Assembly (NCBI GenBank): GCA_902563105.1
Contig: CACEVU010000002.1
Coordinates: forward strand, 10,592-74,591
Direction: 5' to 3'
DNA length: 64,000 nt
DNA from: an uncultured SAR86 cluster bacterium
Lineage (GTDB): Bacteria > Pseudomonadota > Gammaproteobacteria > Magnimaribacterales > AG-339-G14
Part shown: one piece after another, positions 20,694 through 28,866 of the stretch
Numbering within the stretch: the stretch's first letter is position 1
Layout: each line of letters opens with the position of its first letter
Translations under genes and position numbers: made by a program
Notes under the pieces: model-generated
What the model was told of the DNA's origin: nothing
Seen by the model: the letters and a program-made list of their open reading frames with translations, nothing else
Databases searched by the model: none

Positions 20694-21956
20694 TCATTGG
20701 ATGTTTTCGTTTAAATTATTTATCAAGGCTTCAAATCCATTTACTTGAAGTTCTAAATTTTTAGGAAGATTTTTCAAAGTATATGAATTACTGTCAATTT
20801 CCTTTTTTCCAATTATAACCATGAAATCTGTGTTCTTTTTGTTAGCTTTCTTTAAAAGAGATTTTAAATTTTTTTCTTTTCCTAAAAATTGAACAGAAAA
20901 ATTATTTAATTTATTTCTTAATGATGTAGCTAATTTTAAAGCATCTAAAAAATAAGAATCCTCTAGAGAAATTATCATTAAAGATTTTTGTTTAGGAATG
21001 ATCGAATCTTCAACCAAAAGCGATAATCTGTCCAAACCAATGGAAAAACCGATAGCACTCGTTTCTCTGCCGCCAATAATTTTTGACAATGAATCGTATC
21101 TTCCTCCACCACAGACTGTATCTTGAGAGCCTAGCTCATTTGACTTCCACTCAAAAACCAAGTCATTGTAATAATCCAAACCCCTAACTAAGAATGGATT
21201 TTCTATGTATTTAATTTGCAGTTTTTCAAGAAAATCTTTAATTTTTGAATAATTCTCTTTTGATTTGGTTGAAATTGAATCGTAAATTTTTGGCGCTCCC
21301 TCAATTAAATTAAACAGTTTTTCGTTTTTTGAATCAAGAATTCTAAGAGGATTTTTTTCTAATCTCTTCAAGCTATCTTCATCTAAATCTTTTTTAAAAT
21401 TACTGAAATAATCTTTAAGCTTTGTGGAATAAATTTTCTGATCTTTTTGGGTGCCTATTGAATTTATTTCTAAAAATATTTTTTCTCCTAATGATAATTT
21501 CGTGAAAAATTCTTTACAAATTTCAAGAATTTCAAGGTCTATGGAATAATCATCAAAGCCATATGCTTCAAGGCTCAATTGTTGGAATTGACGGCTTCTA
21601 CCTTTTTGAGGTCTTTCATACCTAAACATTGGTCCTTTGTATGAAATTCTTTGTTGTCCTGAATCAAGCAGGCCATTCTCAATAGCCATTCGCATAGACC
21701 CGGCTGTTCCTTCAGGTCTCATCGTCATAGACTTACCACTCTTACTTTCGAAAGTGAACATTTCTTTATTAACAATGTCCGATTCATCACCAACTGATCT
21801 TTCAAATAGTTCCGTGTTTTCCAAAATTGGAAATCTTACTTCATCATAGCCATATGATTTTGAAATAGAATTAAATTCCATTTCTATAAAGTCATATTTT
21901 TTTGCTTGAAGAGGTTCAATATCTTGCATTCCTCTTAATTTGGAAATTTTTTTCAT
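20694..21956 (-). CDS. hisS: Histidyl-tRNA synthetase
   Basis: RGMQD, MRPEGTA, FRYERPQKGR, LVRGLDYY, GGGRYD. Confidence 0.97.
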   Translation of the reverse strand: MKKISKLRGMQDIEPLQAKKYDFIEMEFNSISKSYGYDEVRFPILENTELFERSVGDESDIVNKEMFTFESKSGKSMTMRPEGTAGSMRMAIENGLLDSGQQRISYKGPMFRYERPQKGRSRQFQQLSLEAYGFDDYSIDLEILEICKEFFTKLSLGEKIFLEINSIGTQKDQKIYSTKLKDYFSNFKKDLDEDSLKRLEKNPLRILDSKNEKLFNLIEGAPKIYDSISTKSKENYSKIKDFLEKLQIKYIENPFLVRGLDYYNDLVFEWKSNELGSQDTVCGGGRYDSLSKIIGGRETSAIGFSIGLDRLSLLVEDSIIPKQKSLMIISLEDSYFLDALKLATSLRNKLNNFSVQFLGKEKNLKSLLKKANKKNTDFMVIIGKKEIDSNSYTLKNLPKNLELQVNGFEALINNLNENIQ

Positions 21957-21961
21957 AAAAA

Positions 21962-23074
21962 TTAGACCTCTTTAATTGAAAGCTTACTTTGTGATTGCCT
22001 TATTTTTTTTGCTTGCTTTCGAATTAATTTTTCAAGAGAATCTAATAATTCCTCATTGGAAAGTTTGTGATCAGGTTTTCCATCTACGTAAACTAAATTT
22101 TTTGGAGAGGCTCCAGTCAAACCGATGTGTGCAGCTTTTGATTCTCCAGGACCATTTACATAGCAACCAATAACTGCAATATCTAAATTTTCAGTAACAT
22201 CTTCAAGTCTTGATTCAAGGGCATTCATAGTTTTTATAACATCAAAGTTTTGTCTTGCGCAACTTGGACATGCAATGAAATTTATCCCTTTCTTTCTAAG
22301 TTTTAATGACCTTAAAATATCGAACCCTACCTTAATTTCATCACATGGATTTGATGCCAAGGATACTCTTATAGTGTCTCCTATTCCTTCGGAAAGAAGT
22401 TGACCTATGGCTATTGACGATTTAATAGTTCCACTTCTTAACCCTCCGGCTTCTGTTAATCCAAGGTGCAATGGCTGCTCTATTAATTTACTAATCTTTC
22501 TATAACTTTCGGTCATCATAAAAATATCTGAGGCTTTGATGCTCAACTTAAAATTTTCAAAATTTAATTTTTTTAAAATATTCACATGATTCATTGCAGA
22601 CTCAACAAGCGCATCTGAATTAGGTTCTCCATATTTTTTTTGTAATTTTTTTTCAAGGGATCCTGCATTCACTCCAATTCTTATAGGAATGCCAAAATGA
22701 TCAGCGCAAGAAATTACTTCTTTTACTTTCTTTTCGTTTCCGATATTTCCAGGATTTATCCTTAAGCAGTCTGCTCCATGCTCAGCAACTTGTATTGCTA
22801 TTTTATAGTCAAAATGTATATCAGCAATTAAAGGAACTTTGGTCTGACTCTTTATCTCCTTGAAAGCTTTGACAGAATCAACATCTGGTACAGATATCCT
22901 TACTAAATCAGCACCAACCTTTTCTAATTCTTTTACCTGATTGACAGTTTCCATAACATTTGTAGTTAAAGTGTTTGTCATGCTTTGGACGGATATTTCT
23001 GAATCTCCTCCCACAGGGAGGTTGCCTACATAAATAAGCTTACTTTTTCTGCGTTTAATCTCTGATTGATTCAA
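21962..23074 (-). CDS. ispG: 4-hydroxy-3-methylbut-2-enyl diphosphate synthase
   Basis: [37 protein letters not shown]. Confidence 0.97.
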   Translation of the reverse strand: MNQSEIKRRKSKLIYVGNLPVGGDSEISVQSMTNTLTTNVMETVNQVKELEKVGADLVRISVPDVDSVKAFKEIKSQTKVPLIADIHFDYKIAIQVAEHGADCLRINPGNIGNEKKVKEVISCADHFGIPIRIGVNAGSLEKKLQKKYGEPNSDALVESAMNHVNILKKLNFENFKLSIKASDIFMMTESYRKISKLIEQPLHLGLTEAGGLRSGTIKSSIAIGQLLSEGIGDTIRVSLASNPCDEIKVGFDILRSLKLRKKGINFIACPSCARQNFDVIKTMNALESRLEDVTENLDIAVIGCYVNGPGESKAAHIGLTGASPKNLVYVDGKPDHKLSNEELLDSLEKLIRKQAKKIRQSQSKLSIKEV

Positions 23075-23897
23075 CCTTGTTCTCCTCGTTTAACCAAAAG
23101 TGAGCATAGTTTGTAGAGCCCTTAATTGCTCTTGAAAAAATAATTTTTTTTCCATCTATAAATAAATTTGTTGCTGGAGCATAACCTATTTTAAATCTTA
23201 ACGGAGGTACTCCTGTAAATTCATAACTTCCTGTTTGCATTAGTTCATAGAGAAGCCTTCCATATTTATCAAAAACTACGATCCAGCTTTCACCTTCAAT
23301 TATTATTTCAATATTTCTAATGATATCAACAGTTTCGGTAATGGGATTTTCTTTTTCTTTTTTTATACTCAAGGATGTATCTTTTTCTGAATAATTTTCA
23401 GTAAATTCTGAACTACTAGCTTCATAATTGATCGGTTCTAAGGTATCAACTTTCATCTTAGTAATAGCAGAGATATTTTCTTTATTATTAATATCCTGAT
23501 AAGACTGAGTGATAAAAAAAATGCTCAATGAAAAGATACTTAATATCATTCCTCCCAAAATATAGAGATATTGTTTTGACTTAAAAAAGTTAAAAAAAAC
23601 TAAAAAACTTTTTAAATAAAGATCTTTTCTTCCGTCTTCCATTTGATCTAGTGGCTCTTCTGGCGGGGAAAGAAAATTTTCATAATCAGCCAAAATATCT
23701 TTTGTTTCTATTTTCAGAAATTTACAGAGCCTATCTATTTGTGATTTAGCAAATATCTCTGGAGGAAGAGATTCAAAATCACCTATTATTATTGCTTGAA
23801 TGTATCTTGCGGGAACTTTTGTTTGGTCAGAAATTTCTTTTATAGAAAAGCCCGATTCTTTTAAACTATTCTCTAGCTGATTTTTCCAGCTGTTCAT
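23055..23897 (-). CDS. rodZ: Cytoskeleton protein RodZ
   Basis: N-terminal HTH, central TM, C-terminal SWI...DG domain (DUF4115-like); upstream of ispG. Confidence 0.8.
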   Translation of the reverse strand: MNSWKNQLENSLKESGFSIKEISDQTKVPARYIQAIIIGDFESLPPEIFAKSQIDRLCKFLKIETKDILADYENFLSPPEEPLDQMEDGRKDLYLKSFLVFFNFFKSKQYLYILGGMILSIFSLSIFFITQSYQDINNKENISAITKMKVDTLEPINYEASSSEFTENYSEKDTSLSIKKEKENPITETVDIIRNIEIIIEGESWIVVFDKYGRLLYELMQTGSYEFTGVPPLRFKIGYAPATNLFIDGKKIIFSRAIKGSTNYAHFWLNEENKVESIRD

Positions 23898-23907
23898 GGA
23901 TAATAAA

Positions 23908-24315
23908 CTAAAACAAAGATGACATTATTTCAATTTCTCTTTCTGCAGAGTCTTTAGAATCCGAACCGTGAACGGCGTTTTTTGAAGTTGATTCGGCATA
24001 CTTTTTTCTAATTGTTCCTTCTTTGGCTTCAGCAGGATTGGTTGCCCCCATAAGATCTCTATAATTACTAATGCAACTTTCGCCTTGAAGTATCTGAACA
24101 ATAGCAGGGCCAGAGGTTATAAAGTCCACCAAGTCATTAAAAAAAGGTTTTTTTGAATGCTCTGCATAGAAATTTTCCGCTATTTCTTTTGATATGTTTG
24201 TCTTTACACTATTTAAAATGATTAAATCTTTGGAACTAATCATTTCATTAATTTCTTCGACATAGTTGTTGGCTACTGCATCTGGTTTAATTATGCATAA
24301 AGTTTTTTCATTCAT
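23908..24315 (-). CDS. ndk: Nucleoside diphosphate kinase
   Basis: TLCIIKPDAV, GATNP, NAVHGSDS. Confidence 0.97.
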   Translation of the reverse strand: MNEKTLCIIKPDAVANNYVEEINEMISSKDLIILNSVKTNISKEIAENFYAEHSKKPFFNDLVDFITSGPAIVQILQGESCISNYRDLMGATNPAEAKEGTIRKKYAESTSKNAVHGSDSKDSAEREIEIMSSLF

Positions 24316-24509
24316 TAATCTTTCTCCTCAATCCAAATAGCTTGAATAGCCTCTAAAATCTTTTCATTACAGTTTTCTTCCTTACCCTCAAAACCTTCAA
24401 GGGATGTAACCATATTCATAAGGTCAATAAAAAGCAACTTTTCAGGATTTTTATCTGGAAATTTTTCACAAAGATTATCTACAATCTCGTACGTATCTGA
24501 CCAATCCAT
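24315..24509 (-). CDS. iscX: Fe-S cluster assembly protein IscX
   Basis: MDWSD...NEKILEAIQAIWIEE; last isc gene. Confidence 0.92.
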   Translation of the reverse strand: MDWSDTYEIVDNLCEKFPDKNPEKLLFIDLMNMVTSLEGFEGKEENCNEKILEAIQAIWIEEKD

Positions 24510-24514
24510 TTTGA

Positions 24515-25243
24515 TTATTTAGCTGACAGATCTTTCGCTAAGTTTTCTTCAAAATTAAAACTTTCTCCACAACCACATTCAGCTGACACATTAGGATTAA
24601 TAAAAACCAACTCCTGATTGAGGTTTTTTTTGATGAAATCAAGTTTTGTGCCTTTGAGAAAGATAAAGCTTTTGTCTTGAATAGAAAGATTTATACCATT
24701 GATTAGACCATTAAAATCGTTTTTATCAATTTCTGATATCAAATCTAGTTTATATGCAAAACCTGAGCATCCTGAGTCTACCAACGAAATTTTTATGCCT
24801 TTTGAATTTCCTATTTCAATCATTGAAGAAAGATGATTGGCAGCATTATTTGAAATATCAAAATCCTTAGAAGAAATATCTTTATCTGAAGCTTTTGAGT
24901 TTTTTGGGTGATTTTCTGAAACCATATTTATTGTATATTTAGGTATTTCAATTTCTAAGTCAGAATCTTTAACAATAGTCTGACAACTAAGCCTAGATCT
25001 GGATTCTAATCCCCATGCTTTGTCCAATAAATCTTCCTCATCATCTGTAGATTCGTTTAAGGAATCAAATCCTTCAGTGAAAATGACATGACATGTCGTA
25101 CAAGCACACGAAAGTTCGCAGGCATGTTCAATATCTATATCCTGATTAAGTAGGTTTTCACAAACAGACATGCCAGAGACTGCCTCAAACTCAGCACCAT
25201 CTGGACATAAATCAACATGTGGTTTTACCTTTATTTTTGGCAT
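24515..25243 (-). CDS. fdx: ISC [2Fe-2S] ferredoxin fused to a C-terminal IscA/HesB domain
   Basis: N-half HACELSCACTTCH...LDKAWGLE..SRLSCQ; C-half SGCSG...NPN..ECGCGESF; one continuous frame. Confidence 0.9.
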   Translation of the reverse strand: MPKIKVKPHVDLCPDGAEFEAVSGMSVCENLLNQDIDIEHACELSCACTTCHVIFTEGFDSLNESTDDEEDLLDKAWGLESRSRLSCQTIVKDSDLEIEIPKYTINMVSENHPKNSKASDKDISSKDFDISNNAANHLSSMIEIGNSKGIKISLVDSGCSGFAYKLDLISEIDKNDFNGLINGINLSIQDKSFIFLKGTKLDFIKKNLNQELVFINPNVSAECGCGESFNFEENLAKDLSAK

Positions 25244-25665
25244 CAGTCATTGTTTCTTAGGCTTTTAAAATCATCAATGGCTCTGTGAATAGCCTCTTCA
25301 GCTAAAACGCTGCAGTGAATCTTAATAGCAGGTAATTCAAGGATGTCGACAATCTCTTGATTGGAAATTTTTTGTGCTTCCTCGAGTGTTTTTCCTTTTA
25401 GCATATCTATTAATTCTCCACTAGATGCAATTGCTGAACCACAACCATAAGTTTTAAATTTTGCGTCAACGATTTTATTAGTACCATCTACATTCTCACA
25501 TTTAATTTGAAGTTTCATGACGTCTCCGCAAGCAGGAGCGCCAACAATACCAGTTCCAACCCTGTGGAAATCTTTATCACCTGGTTTCCATCTACCTACG
25601 CTAGCTCCCTCAGGATTTTTGAGTGTTTCTTCGAATTTATCTACTACTTTCTGTGAATAAGCCAT
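25243..25665 (-). CDS. iscU: Fe-S scaffold IscU
   Basis: MAYS, GAPACGDVM, FKTYGCGSAIASS, KIHCSVLAE. Confidence 0.95.
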   Translation of the reverse strand: MAYSQKVVDKFEETLKNPEGASVGRWKPGDKDFHRVGTGIVGAPACGDVMKLQIKCENVDGTNKIVDAKFKTYGCGSAIASSGELIDMLKGKTLEEAQKISNQEIVDILELPAIKIHCSVLAEEAIHRAIDDFKSLRNND

Positions 25666-25692
25666 TTTTACCTCACAATTGCTAAAACTATT

Positions 25693-27117
25693 TTATGCCC
25701 AAACTATTTTATCTAAATCTATTCCGTCTTGATACATTTCCCACAAAGGAGAAATCTCTCTCAGTCTATTTACTGAATCCTTTACTAAATTTACAGTTTC
25801 TCTAACTTCTTCTTCGCGTGTAAATCTTCCGAATGAAAATCTTATCGAGCTGTGAGCCAGTTCGTCTTTTCTACCGAGAGCCCTCAAGACATATGAAGGT
25901 TCAAGACTTGCAGAAGTGCAAGCAGAACCAGATGAAACTGCGATGTTCTTCAAAGCCATAATCAAGGACTCTCCTTCAACAAAGTTAAATGACATATTAA
26001 ATATGCCTGGAAAAGAATTATCTTGGGCCCCGTTTACGTAAACTTCTTCCATATCCTTTAAGCCGTTCCAAAGAATATCTCTATACTTTGAAAGGTTAGA
26101 GTAATCTTCGTCCATTTTTTCTTTAGCGAGCTTAAAAGCCTCACCCATCCCAACAATTTGATGTGTAGGAAGCGTACCTGCTCTAATGCCTCTTTCTTGT
26201 CCGCCTCCGTGGAACAACGGCTGAAGTCTAACTCTGGGTTTTCTTCTTATATAAAGCGCGCCTATACCCTTTGGCCCATATATTTTATGAGCTGAAAATG
26301 ACATTAAATCTACATCAAGATCCGTTAAGTCGATTTGAATTTTACCTGCACTTTGTGCAGCATCAACGTGAAAAATAATTCCATTTTCTCTTGTAATCTT
26401 TCCTATTGAACGGATATCGTTAATAACTCCGATCTCGTTGTTTATATGCATAAGTGATACAAGGACAGTGTCTTCGCGAATCGCTTCTTGAACAGCCTCT
26501 GGCGTTATCAAGCCATTTTTGTTTGGTTCTAGATAAGTAACCTCGTAAGATTCATTTTCTAGTTGACGGCAAACGTCTAAAACAGCCTTGTGTTCTATTT
26601 TAGAAGTAATGATATGTTTTCCTTTTTTTGAATAGAAATATGAAGCGCCTTTGATTGCTAAATTATCTGATTCTGTAGCTCCAGAAGTCCAGATGATCTC
26701 TCTCGGATCACAATTTAGTAAGTTAGAAACATTTGAACGTGCTTCTTCGACAAGTTCTTCTGCTTTCCAGCCATAGATATGAGATCTGGATCCAGAATTT
26801 CCGAAAGCACCTTCAAATGATAAACACTCTTTCATTTTATCAATTACCCTTTCGTCCACTGGAGTTGTAGATGCATAATCAAAATAAGTTGTTTTTCTGG
26901 GTAGAATAGATTTTATATTTGAGCTCTCAGGGCTTCCTTCAGAAAAATTAGATTTAAGATCATTTAAAATAATGTCTCTTTTCAAAAGAGCTTTATCAAG
27001 GGTCTTTTCCCCAGTGGATTTTCTTAGATCGAAGCCAAGTTTGTCCCTTAAATGTAAAGGTACAGCTAATTTCACCCACCAAACGTTGTTTCTTTTAAAT
27101 AAATATTTCTTGTCCAT
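25693..27117 (-). CDS. iscS: Cysteine desulfurase IscS with an extra N-terminal DUF6538/integrase-arm-like domain
   Basis: [34 protein letters not shown]-terminus; about 70 extra N-terminal residues from ATG 27117 (ORF track uses TTG 27138). Confidence 0.93.
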   Translation of the reverse strand: MDKKYLFKRNNVWWVKLAVPLHLRDKLGFDLRKSTGEKTLDKALLKRDIILNDLKSNFSEGSPESSNIKSILPRKTTYFDYASTTPVDERVIDKMKECLSFEGAFGNSGSRSHIYGWKAEELVEEARSNVSNLLNCDPREIIWTSGATESDNLAIKGASYFYSKKGKHIITSKIEHKAVLDVCRQLENESYEVTYLEPNKNGLITPEAVQEAIREDTVLVSLMHINNEIGVINDIRSIGKITRENGIIFHVDAAQSAGKIQIDLTDLDVDLMSFSAHKIYGPKGIGALYIRRKPRVRLQPLFHGGGQERGIRAGTLPTHQIVGMGEAFKLAKEKMDEDYSNLSKYRDILWNGLKDMEEVYVNGAQDNSFPGIFNMSFNFVEGESLIMALKNIAVSSGSACTSASLEPSYVLRALGRKDELAHSSIRFSFGRFTREEEVRETVNLVKDSVNRLREISPLWEMYQDGIDLDKIVWA

Positions 27118-27126
27118 TTTCTTTAA

Positions 27127-27160
27127 ATTGTACCACAATTTACTGATAAATTAAGGTACA
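27127..27160 (-). promoter_or_regulatory. Extended -10 promoter (TGnTACAAT) overlapped by a 32-bp inverted repeat; candidate isc operator
   Basis: Plus strand 27129-27160: tgtacc-ac-aattta-ctga-taaatt-aa-ggtaca. Minus strand TG-G-TACAAT ends 9 nt before the iscS ATG. Confidence 0.55.
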
Positions 27161-27357
27161 GTATTTTTTTATAATAATTTTTATAAACTTATTATTTTTT
27201 TATAAAAAAAAATTATAAAGGAAATGTTTTTGAATTTAGATTTTAGATTAAGTAATCAAAAAATATTAGTTACTAGTTTTATTAAAGTCAGGAAAAAGGA
27301 GAGTTCTTTTTAAGTAAGCAAAATAATTACATAAAAGTTAACGATATCAGTTAAACA

Positions 27358-28746
27358 TCAAGCCCAGATTTCGTCATCTGTAGGTACTTTCTTATCAGAA
27401 ATAACCTTGCCAATTCTAGATACATTCATAAGATGCTTATAATCCAAGTTCTCAGAAATCGAGTTTCCTCCCCAAGAACCACAACCAAGTGTAGTTGTTG
27501 GAGCAAAGCCATTTGTAAGAGAGCCGCCTGCTGAAGTAGAACTTGGTTGGTTTATAACAAGTCGACTAATAGGTAATTCCAACCCTGCTTTTTGAATATT
27601 TTGATCATTGTTAGAGTGTAATGCTGCAGAATGACCCGCTCCTTCTACAAGAAGGTTTGCTTTAGCCATTTTAACTGCGTCCTCAAAAGTAGAGTAAGGA
27701 ACAATTGCTATCACAGGACAAAGCTTTTCTTTTGCAAGAACATCTTCAGTACCAGATCCGTCGGCTGGTAAAAGTATTAGTCTTGATGAATCAGGAATTT
27801 CAATGCCTGCTAATTCACCTACGTAACTAGCAGATTTACCAACGATATCTTTGTTCAAGTTCCCGTCCAGAAAAACAACTTCACGTAGCTTTTGTATTTT
27901 ATCTTGATCATTTGTGAACCAGACTTTCCCAGTGTTAGTAAATAATTCAATTGTTTCGTCAAAGTTTTCTTCTGGAGCAAATACAAATTGTTCATGAGAA
28001 CAAATAATTCCATGATCGAATGATGCTCCGTCGACTATTTTTTCAATAGCTTCTTTTAAATCTATGTTTCTATCTATTATTACTGGAACATTTCCTGCCC
28101 CAACTCCAAAAGAGGGTTTACCTGAAGAGTATGCGGACTTAACCATAGCCCCTCCTCCGGTTGCAACAACTACATCTGCTGATTGCATAAGTTCTTGAGT
28201 CTTTTCAACGGATCCATTTGTAACAACTTGAATAAGATCATCTGGACCGTTATGAGATTTAACAATTTTCATAAATTCTTTTGTCAAATATTCAGCGCAG
28301 TTTTGAGCCTTAGGATGAGATGCAAAAATTACTGCATTGCCAGTCTTTAGAGCAAACATGCCATTACACATTGGAGTAACAATAGGATTTGTTACAGGAG
28401 TTACTGCAGCAACTACTCCCATGGGCTTAGCAACAAAAACAAGATTACTGTCCCTATCTTCACCGATTACTCCTCGAGACTTCTTACCTTTTAAATTATT
28501 CCAAATGACACGTGCTTTACTTTTGTTTTTCAAGATTTTGTCTTCATAGGAACCCATTTCTGTCTCATCAACAGCCATTCTCGAAAGTGGTTCAGCATTA
28601 TCGTAAACAAATTTGCCAATATCGCGAACAACCGCATCTACTTTTTCTTGTGTGAAAGATTCAAAATTTTTTTGAGCTATACGTGCTTTTCTTACTAGCT
28701 CTTGAACTGATACATCTATAGAGTCAGATGACTTTACCTTGGTCAT
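27358..28746 (-). CDS. CoA-acylating aldehyde dehydrogenase, succinyl-CoA reductase/succinate-semialdehyde dehydrogenase (Clostridium kluyveri-type)-like
   Basis: TPVTNPIVTPMCN, VATGG, AYSSGKP, DHGIICSHEQ (catalytic Cys), KEKLCPV, EGAGH, PTTTLGCGSWG.NSISENL, VP..DEIW C-terminus; stand-alone with no ADH domain; strong AAGGAG SD. Confidence 0.85.
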   Translation of the reverse strand: MTKVKSSDSIDVSVQELVRKARIAQKNFESFTQEKVDAVVRDIGKFVYDNAEPLSRMAVDETEMGSYEDKILKNKSKARVIWNNLKGKKSRGVIGEDRDSNLVFVAKPMGVVAAVTPVTNPIVTPMCNGMFALKTGNAVIFASHPKAQNCAEYLTKEFMKIVKSHNGPDDLIQVVTNGSVEKTQELMQSADVVVATGGGAMVKSAYSSGKPSFGVGAGNVPVIIDRNIDLKEAIEKIVDGASFDHGIICSHEQFVFAPEENFDETIELFTNTGKVWFTNDQDKIQKLREVVFLDGNLNKDIVGKSASYVGELAGIEIPDSSRLILLPADGSGTEDVLAKEKLCPVIAIVPYSTFEDAVKMAKANLLVEGAGHSAALHSNNDQNIQKAGLELPISRLVINQPSSTSAGGSLTNGFAPTTTLGCGSWGGNSISENLDYKHLMNVSRIGKVISDKKVPTDDEIWA

Positions 28747-28866
28747 TGTTTTGCTCCTTTTTTAATAAGCTTAACTTCTAATTATTATATTCTAGACCAA
28801 GTTATCTATACTTTTAATATTTTTTATTTAGATAATTTATAAATAATGACAGAATCGAAATGCGAT

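Noticed and set aside
27143-27161. LexA box at the iscS promoter (CTG...CAG)
   Set aside because: The spacer is 13 nt, not the required 10.
26890-27357. Prophage or integrase remnant upstream of iscS
   Set aside because: Only an arm-like N-domain is present, in frame with IscS; no catalytic tyrosine-recombinase residues, att repeats or phage genes.
27358-28746. Calling the dehydrogenase adhE, eutE or gabD
   Set aside because: No Fe-ADH domain, no microcompartment genes, and acylating-family motifs rather than GabD motifs.
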